A stretch of DNA of 64,000 nt, from NCBI GenBank assembly GCA_002633005.1, contig NMRA01000120.1, positions 62,001 through 126,000 of the forward strand, read 5' to 3'. Below the pieces are notes generated by a model. It ran no database searches, had not been told where the DNA came from, and worked only from the letters and a program-made list of their open reading frames with translations. This DNA comes from Phoronis australis (taxonomy: Eukaryota > Animalia > Phoronida). Positions 38,061 through 49,689 of the stretch are shown piece after piece. Within the stretch, counting starts at the first letter, position 1. Every line of letters begins with the position of its first letter. The translations under genes were made by a program, and so were the position numbers.

Positions 38061-38379
38061 CTAAAATATTCAACACAGACTATAAATTTGAGATATAAAG
38101 AAAACGGAAAGCAGACATGAAATGTAACAAAGTTGTAAGGTGCGGTAAAACTTCACCAGTTTACGACAAAATATGGTGGACAACTGAAATTTCTTGTCCT
38201 CATTTTCTCACGAAAAATATATAGTGCCCCAAATGGATGTTTTCCCATGTATCACAGCTACACCAGACTATGTTGATGGTGTAGGCAACAACTTTAGAAA
38301 CATTTGAAAAATGAACAAGAGCAACACAAAGCATTAAAATGTGTCCACAGCTGCACCGCAAACAGTATGCTTCTTGTCT

Positions 38380-38740
38380 TGAGGTGTTCATTAGTATCAT
38401 ATATCATTTGAAGGCACAGAATACATTGAATAAATCCAAAAATGGGACGGTGTCGTCATTTCTCAAAGCTATTTGCCAAATTTCATGAAAGTCTGTCTAA
38501 AAACTCCAAAGATACAAAGACAAACGTAAAAAAATTGTCATAAGGAACCACAGCAGTAGTCGAATCCATTAAGTTAACAGGAATACAACTGCAAAGTTTC
38601 AAAAAACATCTAGCAAGGGGTTTAGGAGATACAGCCGCAGATGCAAAAAAATGTCAATAGGGGGAACCACAGTACTGGGACCCGTTTGGACGGACGGACA
38701 GGGATGACGGCACACTATGTGGGTGCTGGATTTTCAATAA
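38380..38740. repeat. Helentron-associated (HINE/DINE-like) repeat remnant
   Basis: Motifs atatcatttgaagg, ccaaatttcatga, caaagtttca..., and a (GGAC)n microsatellite near 38690, as typical of these elements. Boundaries are approximate and the family call is an inference. Confidence 0.45.
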
Positions 38741-38849
38741 AAGCATAGAAGCCAGAAAATCATAGACATTGATAGTAATAAACCCAGTATCCAATACTGG
38801 CTGGATCTGTGACACACTTGTGACCTTGGGGTGACCTTCATTACTGTTA

Positions 38850-39099
38850 TGGTAAAAAAATCTTCAATTTGAGACAGTCTATAGAATTTGGGACATAGAA
38901 ACTCCTGGAAAAGTGAATTTCTTGATTCTGGAATTCAGGACAAGGGCGATTGTGGCATTCATCGTTTTTCTCAAATTCCTTTCAGGCGACTCTTGAATTT
39001 GGGACCACCAATATCGTCTGTTTCTGGAATTTGAGACAAGCTTTGACCTTGAGCAAAATAATTGATTTTTCACTGTCCCACACTGGAAATTTTTTACCG
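38850..39099. mobile_element. MITE with TA TSD (Tc1/mariner/pogo-like)
   Basis: TIRs tggtaaaaaa...tttgagacagt / actgtcccac...ttttttaccg, with TA on both flanks. Relatives at about 5290-5540 and 58790-58890. Confidence 0.7.
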
Positions 39100-39266
39100 T
39101 AACCTGGTACGTGGTTTTGACCTCATAAATAAACACAGGGTAAGAGACTGACAAATAAATATCAGTCTCTAACAGTGGCCGTATATGCAGCAAGAAATCA
39201 ACAAACATCAATTCGAAGGTTTAATGTTTGTAACAATTACTAGCAAAATGACGCAAAAGATCATAC

Positions 39267-39327
39267 TTCTGACTTGACGTTCTAATTTTCGTCCTTCTTT
39301 TCTTAACTGCGATGACCATTCTCTGAC
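39267..39327 (-). CDS. CHMP3: CHMP3 exon 2
   Basis: ttgtag|VREWSSQLRKEGRKLERQVR A|gtatga. 61 nt. Confidence 0.95.
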
Positions 39328-40509
39328 CTACAAAACAAGCAACAGCTCAACTTCCTGTCCAGTAAGACGCATGACATCTAGTCCTAATCAACACATCCTG
39401 AAATACCATACAGTAACTCTTTGAATCTGTGTTTACAAGCTATGCAATGCATTCACTGCAATCGCTTACAGCTACCACGCTAATCAGCTTCTTGTATCAA
39501 ATTTACTTATTAATTATAAGATTAATGCCAGTAACATTTAAAAAGCAATTATGACAGCAAGACAATCGACAAGCTGGGTGGAGCTCAATATATCGTCCTA
39601 AATATGTCAAACATCTCCACGACTAGATTTGCATATCTGCGGCGACCCAAGTTGCCACGCACACATTCCAGCACATGCTCAAAGTACTAGGTACAGGAAG
39701 TAAACAGTTAGGTAGGGAATAGTCCAGTGGGCTTCATTCGTGACTCATGCACAGACAGCGTGTCCTGATCATCTCCTTTACTCTTAGGTAGGCCACAATA
39801 TGATAGACAAGTGAACGTCTTTTTACATTTTTTACAAAAGATATGTAGTCTGTACCAAATAAATATTTTATCATGATCTTAAAGTTCTATGCAACAGCTA
39901 CAATCAGACATTTTGAGAAACGGTGAGAAAAAATAAAAATGTGAGAAGTCTTTGCAAAATCAAGAAAGTTTAATTTTGACGATGTTTTTTTTCCGAAATT
40001 GGTAATATTTTACCGCATGCATCGTTTGTGGAGGCCAGTGCCCGGTTGCATGAAACGATCCCTAAGTATGGACTCAACTAACTTCCGTAAATCTACTGCA
40101 CATTTATAGACTAGTGAAAACACTGATTGCCCTTTCTTATGCTGTCTTGGTTTTATTACTAACACTATTTTTGGCTTTGATACAAAACAAGAGTGAATTT
40201 TACATTGAATTTTCAATATTACTGAAAATAAGTAGGTGTCTTTTCAAGCAACATCCCTAATTTAAGGACCAAGACCCTAATTACTTTCATTGTTCAAACT
40301 AAGAAATTCTTACAAAATGTTGATAGTCAAAGAGGATGTCATGCTAAAGATAAAGTGAAAGAAAAAGATAACATCTGTGAGTGAAGCTCGACACAAATAT
40401 GCGAGAAAAAAATTTTAGGGAACTTAGTCGCTATTTGGGACTGTTTCCATACAACCAGTCACAGGGCCCCCGTATAATAAAGTAATTGAATACACAAATG
40501 ATAGACCTT

Positions 40510-40661
40510 TGAAGCAATTACTGTCGTAACTTTAACCCAGGCTGCCAGAGCCCAAGTCACGCATCCACACCATTCAGCCAAGAGGAAATTACCCATTGGA
40601 AATCAATTTTGAGAGGCTTTATACGACTGTATGTCGTACCTAGAACTGGAAATTCACAACA
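40510..40661 (-). mobile_element. Diverged LTR of the tRNA-containing TRIM family
   Basis: Minus strand runs TGTTGTGA...CCTCTTGGCTGAATGG (A-box-like)...GGGTTAAAGT...TGCTTCA. Confidence 0.65.
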
Positions 40662-40834
40662 TACTGTCCTAAGAGAGGTCACTGTTTACACTGCCGCCCC
40701 TAAGCGTTACTACCAGATAGGTCCCCCTAAGCAGACTGAACTAATGACTGCTCATCATGGATTTACTTAAACGAGGAATCATCGTTGACATTGTCCAACT
40801 GGGCCTTGAACGTCTCTGGCATCAAAGTCTGGTA

Positions 40835-41082
40835 TCACAGCCTGCGGGTCTCTTTGAATCCCTTCCCAAGTGGGAACTGCCTCTTTACAGAATGGTTTGG
40901 AGGCTTGGCTCTCACGTGGGAATCCCCAGTTCAAGTCTCAGTTTTGACAGAATTTCCAACAATGACACCCACTGATGGTGGAACCCACAACCAGATGGGA
41001 TTCAGCACTCTCTCTCGGGGCAGTCCACTTTCACGCAGGAAACCCTGGTTCAAGTCTTGAAGTATCAGCAGATTTTTCAACA
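40835..41082 (+). mobile_element. Degenerate TRIM copy in the opposite orientation (LTR 3' part, internal region, partial second LTR)
   Basis: caagtgggaactgcctc...ggctctcac...gttcaagtc...ttccaaca, then an internal region matching the reverse complement of 41580-41654, then ctttcac...ggttcaagtc...cagcagatttttcaaca. The left boundary is approximate. Confidence 0.65.
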
Positions 41083-41329
41083 CAGGCAGTCTATCACAGG
41101 GTAACAAGCAATCAAGGAGGGCATCACGAAGCAGCGAGATTGAAAACCTTGCTCGAATTCCATCAGATTTTGTTGACAATCAGACAATGAAGTGTAGAGT
41201 GGCTCCAGCCCTATTATTACATAGTATATTACAGATATGTACTTGCTAAAAGATCGAGCTGGACTGCAGTGAGCAGGTAGACAGTGACCACCGTCTCTAG
41301 GTGGCTCAGTAGAGACAGTGAAGCTCCAA

Positions 41330-41795
41330 TGAAGAAAGTTTCAGCGATTCCAGGACTTGAATCCGGGTTGCACATGTGAGAGCCGAGCATCTAAAAAATT
41401 CAGCCAAGAGGCAATTGCTGCTTGGCAAGTAATTTAGAGAGACTTTATCTGGCTGTACGTCCCATCCGGAAGTCACACGTCACAACACTCCTATCCCTTC
41501 AACGTGTTAAGCGTTCCCCCTGCCCCCTCAGATCAGCCACATCTCTGGTCTGGGTTTCCACTGCTGTTGCTGGAGCATGAGTCCTGACTGCCCCGAGGCA
41601 AGAGGAGTGCTTTCATCCAGTCTGGTCGTGGGTTCTACTGTTGTTGGGCACCAATGAACAAAATTTCTCAAACATTGGGACTCGAGCCGGGTTGCACATG
41701 TGAGAACCAAGCAAGCATCCAAACTGCTCAGCCAAGAGGCAATTGCCACTTGACAAGCGATTTAGAGAGGGTTTATCTGGCTGTACGTCACAACA
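41330..41795 (-). mobile_element. TRIM (non-autonomous miniature LTR retrotransposon) with tRNA-like LTRs (Helenus-like)
   Basis: LTR1 41795-41655 and LTR2 41487-41330, each TGTTGTGAC...TTCA. PBS-like TTGGTGCC follows LTR1. The internal region is about 167 bp and ends in purine-rich GAAGGGATAGGAG before LTR2. Each LTR has A-box-like and B-box-like motifs and a CTCTCAC-type anticodon loop. Confidence 0.8.
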
Positions 41796-42130
41796 ATGGC
41801 GTGCGTTCAGTAACGCTAGGACCCAGCTAAAATCTAACCAATGCACGTGTTCTCATTTAAAATACACGGCAATATCTCACGTAATTTCGCGAAGTCTTGC
41901 TTTTTAGCAGACTAATAGCAATTGCTAATAGCAAGGCCCTAGTCCTAGCCCTAGGCCTAGTCAAATGACAGTGTTACTGAACGGGAGGCAGTCCAAAACC
42001 TCAAGAGAAAAATTATGTACTCAGAAGGTAAACGAGTCCCGAAGTTTCATTGTAACATCAAGAATATTACTTACAAAATATGTCGTTACCTTTAATGTTT
42101 AACTTTAGAGACATAATCCTTAACAAATAC

Positions 42131-42175
42131 CTGTTCTTTGGGATCCTTTTGCTGAGTTTTGCCAAACAAACCCAT
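42131..42175 (-). CDS. CHMP3: CHMP3 exon 1
   Basis: ATG at 42175: MGLFGKTQQKDPKEQ|gtattt, matching the conserved CHMP3 N-terminus (MGLFGKTQ..P). The six exons total 648 nt, 215 aa. Confidence 0.96.
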
Positions 42176-42270
42176 TTTCCGGGTTATTCGTACATGCGCA
42201 GTTCTCTTCCGTGTTACTGACACTGGTCAAAGATACTTTGCACTGGTGGTAGACTTCGGAACTAACGTTG
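42176..42270 (-). promoter_or_regulatory. Probable CHMP3 5' UTR/core promoter with ETS-like (CGGAAG) and NRF1-like (TGCGCATG) motifs
   Basis: cttccg at about 42206 and catgcgca at about 42193, in CpG-containing DNA just upstream of the ATG. Confidence 0.35.
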
Positions 42271-45200
42271 TTTTGTTTTTGATGAATTTTGCCGGGGGTG
42301 TACTTGTATTGATTCTAAACAAAACATGTGTTCATGATGCCAAACACAGTCAAAATGATCACACAAAGTTTTGCATGCATACTTTTTTCCTAAATCATTT
42401 TAATTCATCATTTTATTGACTTTGGTTTCACACTAGCAAAAATTTCATGTATGGACCTCATACGCGGGTTGTCACGGTCATGGGTGACTTGCCAACCCAT
42501 AGTTATCGCAGCAAGCTGGCGAAAACTTTTGAGTGAAAATGTTCTGAAAACCCGAAAGTTCATCAAAGTCAATGAACTTCGTCCTTTTTGATGTTCTTTG
42601 ATATCTTATTCTTGCATGTGATCTTGGCCACCACAGTATAATCGCCTGTTGACAGTGGCGGTTTCCCCGGGCCAAGGCTACAATATTTTGATCACTGACG
42701 TAACCAATAATTTCCATATCCAAGACAAAAATGAAGGTGGGGATAATTGAATTTTTGGCAATATATTTATATCGAATTATTAGTCAGAGATAACTATTTC
42801 CATTCAGACTGTTTAGAATACTTTATTTTGTGAATCAAAAATTAAATCGATAAGAAGTTGTCATCGCAGGTCAAATAATAGCTATGATGCAAGTGTAATT
42901 CTTACTGCGTAAAAATAACAAGCTAGCAACCTACAGCTGCAGCTTCGGCTACTGTACGCCCGGTGCACTAGGCCTAGTGTACAGAAACGCCCCCAGCCCG
43001 GCCATTGCGAAGGGCACCCAGTAAACAACATTTTTCAGAAAGCTAGTTATTTATAGTTGGGAAGCCAGATATTGCAGTTTTGCAATTTGATGTCCTTAAT
43101 TAAAACAAGGACTGTGTTTAATTCGTTGCTCAAGCACCAGTACCCATCCAAACATCTATAACGGTTATAAGTGTGTAGGCCGAGACCTACTGCATATGTA
43201 GCCTAGTGTGAGACCTGATTTTTGTATAACCTATGACCCCTCACAGCCAAATTTTGCTTTTTGCCAACCTCCCCCCCAAAAAAAACTACATTGACAAGCC
43301 GTCGGACCGACACAGTAGCTCTTCACTTTTCAGTGCATCGGAGAAATACAGCTCTGATAGTTCGATGAGAAAAAAGGTTCTGAACCCTTCCGTCTTTTTC
43401 AGAAATATATGGCAAGGTCGGTGGACATGACTAGTTTTCGACAAAATAACTACAGAAGACTTTAGTTGTTTTACTCATAACAAACTGGCTGTGAGATGCT
43501 TCTTAAAATAAGTTTTCAACTGTGCATTCTGTTTGCGCTGCAGCATGACCAATAGCGTTCAATTTTTTCGAACTAAATGAGCGTTTGTGAAAAATAATTT
43601 CTCGATGACAACGTACACCAAAGCACCGTAGGAAGCGGGGGAATGTGAGAGTGAATTTCTTCGACACCCCTTGCAGTTTTAGATCCAGTAACCGTAGCAA
43701 ATCTACTGGTGAGATCTCTTGACCGTGACTGACTGAAATCGAAAGCCAATTGTTTATACTTTTACTCTGTCAATCACAACGCCCGCACACAAACACATTT
43801 TCCGCTAACGAATGTTATCGATTTTATGTAATACGTTAAATCGCAGGAAGCGGGGGTGCCTCCCACTTGAGTAATTTGCATGAGGCATCATGGTCACACA
43901 GCGACGACCGGCATAGACGTAGGACCGGCTCTGTCGAAAATCTGCGAAACACAAATGATGTGTCGTTTAGTCGAAGTTGTTTTCCACTTGATATATATTG
44001 AGAAACTGCAGGAGAGGGACCCTGATGATTGCATCAATTGCAGCCCATGTTTTTAGTTTTAGCACAGGGAGGCTCCAACGACTGATTAAGTCAATTGACA
44101 CCCTTTACCTGTTTTTTTGAAAACGTATACGTACGTACATTCTTTTTATGTAAGGTAAGTCAGGCACCCCTTGGAGAGTCACCCGATGGATTTGACTGTC
44201 CTTCTTGTCCAGTTTTTAGATTTGGAAACTTTCACATTTAGGAGATCCCTTTCAGACAGGATCCTATCTTGGAAGAACGGCTCGATCAATTGCCCTTAAT
44301 TCATGTGGTCCCCCTGGAAACCCGGGACTATCAACAACTCACAATGTTGATAAAATTTCAAAATGCTCAAGTATACCACAGACCACATTCATGTAAAGGG
44401 CAGTATGCAGCAAGTCACACGCGGCTCAAACAACCAAAAAGTGAGAGTGCACACAATAGCAATGACCTTCATGCAAGGATTGGTGTTGGAAGAATTTAAA
44501 AACGTTTATTCGCCATAGTGATAAATATACAGAATTCCCATCACAGTGTTTCTTTGGAAGATCGTTATTAGAAAAGCATGAGCTTGTCTCCTGCACAGAC
44601 CCTATGGCCCCCAATCCCACCAACCCGTCGGATGCCCCTTATAGTAAATTCGTCCACGCTCTTCCAGTTCAGTCCCCGTCAAAAATGAAGTATCTGCACA
44701 CATCATGCCTTAGACCAGAATCGCCTAAAATAACAGATTTGAAACAATTTCGCCAACTAATTATAAACCTTCAGTTAACTCGAAAGGCCTGCATTGTGTT
44801 TCCATGTCAATGACGGCCCAATATTTGCCAATGTTCAATATTTTATTTTGTCTGGTAACCTAGTTGCAATACAAGGGATCATTCGTTTTGATTTACGTGT
44901 TTATGAATGTATTTGCGAAAATCAACTGATTCATACATTATTTTTTACCAATTAAAAGTAAACTTTAGTTGATGATGATCCTTCATCGAACTCAAATGTA
45001 GGCTGAAATTTGAGAAAATCTCTATCATCCGATCCCTGTCCCCCAAACATGAGCAAATTGCACTAAATTTGCCAATCTGTTCAGTGGCGTTTCGGTGGGT
45101 GAATTTTGACTTAGGTTGGGGAATTCGTTTAGTTCAGCCTATGTGAGGCGCCCCCCTCGAGAAATTCGGGTTTCCGTGTTTCAACAAGAGGGTGAAAATG

Positions 45201-45535
45201 CCGAAGGCCACAAGTAGGGAGGAGTGATGGAGTAGTGGTGACGCCTGGAAGACTTGGGTCCACACGGGTTGCGGCAAATGGACGGGTTTGTGCTCTTACT
45301 ATTTACCTTCCCACGAGCCTGATATGTAGTTCCTGAAAGAGATAGACTGTCTGTATTATTTTTTATGTCACGAAACATGTTACTTAGAGTCTCGCGTCGC
45401 CCCTCACGCGGGAGACAGCCGCTGGAAACCACTAGAGCAGTTGCCCGGCCAGCTCGGACCCATTTACTTCCAGGTAATCAAGTAGCGGACATGTTCCTGC
45501 GCGAGAAAGACAACACTGATTCGTGAAAAAGTAAT

Positions 45536-46251
45536 TGCACAAAACGTACCGAGAGTGGCGTACATGAAGTAATATCCCACGAAACCCATTATTTAGCGTG
45601 TCGACCGAGACCGAAGGTCATGGTCGATACAATAATGTCGGATATTACTTCATGTACGCCAATCGAGGTACGTTTTGTATTTATCCCATACGCTTCGAAT
45701 TTCTAAGTTTCTTTCGTTTTTTCCGCAGAACAAATGCTTCACTCAGACTGTTCACGTGGTGGATCACATCCTACTTGCGCGTTGGGCTACAAGTTTTCTC
45801 TAGTGAAAGAAACAGTTTTAAATGTGACGATTTATTACTTGAAAAGAGATAACAAAGTTGAAACAAGATTAACTTTTCATTGAACTTGTAACATCTCCTG
45901 AAACTAGTTAAATAACAGCAATATTTGATATTGTAGTTACCGAGGAATCGGCGCCGAGTCTGCAGACGAAAAATATTTAGCAAATGAAAACTGAGACAGA
46001 ACTGACATATAATTAACAGTCCTGTTCCAGATGTTACGACTGAGACCTGATTGTATGTTGAGCGTTACTTACATTGCTATAATTGTATTACTTTAAACTA
46101 TTTTCCGAAAGTTTGGTGATCGAACGTCGGGTAGACATTGACCTACCTTTTGAAATGTCCATGTCAGAGGTCACTGTTGAACTAGTGCGGGAGGTAAATA
46201 CGGAAAACTTTATTACATGGCCGTATTTCCCTCGACTGATTCAACGCGTAT
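45536..46251. mobile_element. Non-autonomous DNA element with a 140-bp terminal hairpin (copy 2)
   Basis: acaaaacgtacc...tggcgtacatgaagtaatatcc pairs with ggatattacttcatgtacgcca...ggtacgttttgt (45539-45678). The body is colinear with 33985-34664. Confidence 0.8.
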
Positions 46252-46409
46252 GCACCCCCCGGGTTGAGAAGCCTGACGATCAACGATCCTGGCGGACAAA
46301 ACTGTTTACATGTGCAGTGCATTATTGTGTAAATGTCATTTGCTAAGTGAGCGGATGCATGTACTGAGCCTCTGAAAGATTTCATCATAATTTAAACAAA
46401 GCCAGACAA

Positions 46410-46446
46410 ATGGATGGTACAAAAAAAGGACCGGATGTAAAGGATG
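46410..46446 (+). CDS. Probable first coding exon of the sialin-like SLC17 transporter
   Basis: caaATGG start context; MDGTKKGPDVKD G|gtaaga. Phase 1 fits the next exon (G+TT = V, then PFWTSAR). Confidence 0.6.
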
Positions 46447-47359
46447 GTAAGAAAAACCAAGTACTTTTCTTGAGACACTGTCCGAGCATAGTCTTTTAGG
46501 AAATTCATTCATGATTATTATGGTAGCCTAATCATGTTTTTGATTGACACCACTTCGGTAGGCGACACGTGTTGTGCCGATAGACACGGTATAACCTGTC
46601 TAAATTATTGTAGGGTCGACAAGTGGACGGCGACCTGGTTTTCTACACGGACGATGTTCGTGGTCTTGGTGCTATTCTGTGAAATCCATCACTAAAATAA
46701 GGAAACATAAATAGATTTCAAACATCTAAGTTAAGTCCGGCATTATTCACTGACTGTATGTCGAGTGTTTAAAAATGAAATTCCAGTCTGGCAGTAGGCC
46801 TACCGCCTGTAGGCAACACATAGCCCCTCGGTTGGCCCGAGGGCGATGTAATTGCCTATAGCCCACCGCCTGTGGCTGCTGTAGCATATGCAGTTGGGCT
46901 AACCCAACTGGGCAATAGTTGGATGCATGGATCCCTGCTTTGAGAACCAGTTACACCCGCTGAATAATGCCCGTTATTCAACAGTGGTAGTAACTGGTTA
47001 AGACTTAAGTCAATTTTATATCAGGAACCCATCCATCAGACTATTACCAGCAATTTCATATGTAGGGGATCGTCTTGGAATGGAGCTGCTGAACTGATTT
47101 ACTGCTTGATGGATCAAATTTGAAAGTATACAGCAATAATCATGGATAATAAGTTGGATGATTGCCAAGACTATAACTAGGCTCTATTACTTGGATATAT
47201 TTCATTTTGTATCTTGTTTTGCTTTGAATTTTTTTTTAACTTCTTTTTTTGTTTGTTCTACGGCTTTGCACGTGACGTGTCATACTTTTCATCTCATCTA
47301 CATGAAATTCATTCAGAACATGTATGTACCTCCTGAAAATCCAGAGGCCTGTTGCTCTT

Positions 47360-48200
47360 TCTGATTTCTCGTGCCAAATCTCTAGGTCGTTTGAGGGATC
47401 CTGCTGAAATTTGGTATGTGGAATTTTTTCAAATGCTGTCTGCCCTGTTGTTATGTTATGCTATATGTTTACATTAGAGCAGTGACAACGCCACCTGGCG
47501 ACTAAAACATATGTTCTACGAACGATCTCGGGTATTACATACACAACACTTGTTCTATCAGTTTTTCATTCTGTCGTACTGTTCTTTAGTTATTCAGGAT
47601 TTACTGATCTGACGACTCTTCTTTTTTTACTGACCAATTCCTTGCTGTTCTTTATGTTACCATTCACATTTTTTGTTTGATCCTCATGAAATTGGAACAC
47701 AACATGTGTCTCATTGAAGGCCTGTTGTTTTAGGGTAAAATCAACTCAACGATGGCATTGTGATGACTATTTTTCGAAATTTTCTAAACGCGGAGCTCTA
47801 GCTTCGTGATCCTTTAACGTATTTTGTTGAAATTTGGTATGGAGATAGATCTTGTCAAGGGCTATCTGAAGTATCATCCATTTTTCGCTACGACTTATCT
47901 TTATCCAGTTATTTGACATTGTTTTGTTTGACTTATCTTTCATAATGCCATATATTGAAAAAGGCCATTTGTACAGTTTTGTGTGACCCCGCTATGCCCT
48001 CTACAACTTTGGAATGGCGTAAAATAGACCGAGAATTGATTCTCAAAACTGATTCTTTTACTTCTAGCTGCGAGAGTTCCCTCCCTAGTGGCACTTGAAG
48101 GGGTCGCTGTACATAAGTTGGCTCTCATGAGTATCGCTTTAGTCATTTGCGCAATGGGCCTGCGTATTTTGATGCAATGCATAAGGCATCACAGCACCTG
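47360..48200. repeat. Helentron/HINE-like repeat remnant
   Basis: Recurring tgaaatttggtatg and tgaaattggaacac motifs typical of HINE internal units. Boundaries are approximate and the family call is an inference. Confidence 0.4.
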
Positions 48201-48938
48201 TGCTCTTTCCTTTCTAGCTGTGTAACAGTTGAACTCTCTAGCCTGATAATGTTATGAGGAACTGAACCTCTAGTTAGGAAGATTCTGAAAAGCTTCAAAA
48301 CTTTCCAAAGGAATGATGCAATTGATGCTAGCTGATCAGAACTTAAGAATATGCTGTATGATATTTTATTTTTATTTATGTCAGTCTGAACTGAAGTTAG
48401 TATGGTCAACTTCATAGTTTCAACTCTTGCGTGAATGAACGTATTAGCAGTAGGGGACCCATGTAGACTAAAAATTTCCAGGAGACAAAGAATAGATTCC
48501 TGCGACATGGTAACATTTTTTGACAAAACTCGCTTGCCTGAAAACCTGTGACATTTTGTGGCATTTTGAAAAATTTTGTGACAAAGTTTGAGAAATTTGC
48601 TGAGCCAAGTAGGTTTTCAGTGTTTTGTTGGGCTCACAGTTATTTTATGCTGCATCAAGTGGTGGTTCCTTTTTTCACAAATTGTAAAATTACGGAATTC
48701 ATTGTGTCTCACATGTGACAAATGGGAAATTTATCTGATTTACATGATTGTGTAAAAAGCAATTGAGACTTCCCTGTGACATTTTGAAAATTTGTGATGT
48801 GACACATTGTGACTTGCCATTAAACATGGATCCATTCTCTGGTTTGAGTTAAGTTGCTTCTCATTTTTGATAATTTGCAGCAGAACATGTGTAGTTTATG
48901 ACTTGTATTCTGAAGTGTTGTTACAATTCTGCTTTCAG

Positions 48939-49168
48939 TTCCATTCTGGACGTCGGCAAGGTTTGGGTTGGCCATTATCGGCTTCTTCGGCTTCGTTAAT
49001 CTATATGCGCTCCGCATCAATCTGAGTGTAGCGATGGTCTGCATGGTCAACCATACATGGATAGCTGAACAAGCAGTTAATGAGACTGTTGCAGACATGG
49101 TCAATAAGACGGCAACCGAAGATGTAATCGCTTGCCAGACTACTTCAAGTAACGCTTCCACAGTTAAG
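48939..49168 (+). CDS. Sialin-like SLC17 (MFS anion transporter) exon, TM1 and lumenal loop
   Basis: tttcag|(V)PFWTSARFGLAIIGFFGFVNLYALRINLSVAMVCMVNHT...NASTVK|gtatgt. Y.LR.NLSVA.V.MVN is the SLC17 signature, and the loop has several N-x-S/T sites. Confidence 0.93.
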
Positions 49169-49689
49169 GTATGTCTGGAACGGTCTTCCTTGAGTACCCT
49201 AAGATTTAGACTGCGTCTTGTGAAGCCAAAGAAGCATAGTTGGTTCTGGTCCATATCCCGACTTATTTTGAGACCTGCGCTCACTAACTGTGAAAAAAGT
49301 AGAAATGCGACCGCTGGCATCAATAATAACCTATTAGTAATTTTGGTTTTTTCGGCAAGCTGCTCAAAGGCACGTAATCAAGGGCTAGCAAGGTTTGAAA
49401 GCCCACGATTGGTCAAACGATGCCTAATTACCTGTAAAAGAAGCTCTGGGTGGTGCTAGAAAAGAGTGTGGTTTAGCCACTCAAATGGTGCTGCACCATT
49501 AAAAAGTGACAGCCATTATGGTGGCGGAAAATACCACAGTGCTTGCTACGACTTTTACAACTTGCAGATTTCATTTGTGCTTCTGTCTATTGTGTATTAT
49601 AAATTACTTTATTCTGTTTTGCTCTGATTCTCATCATGCTTTGTCTCCTCTGGTCATTGTTGTCTCCATCCACTGATCAGTGGGGTGCC

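Noticed and set aside
41340-41420. Functional tRNA-Glu gene
   Set aside because: The acceptor and D stems do not pair properly, copies are degenerate, and all lie inside LTR-like repeats.
48820-49323. 167-aa minus-strand ORF
   Set aside because: Antisense shadow of the SLC17 exon, with no independent features.
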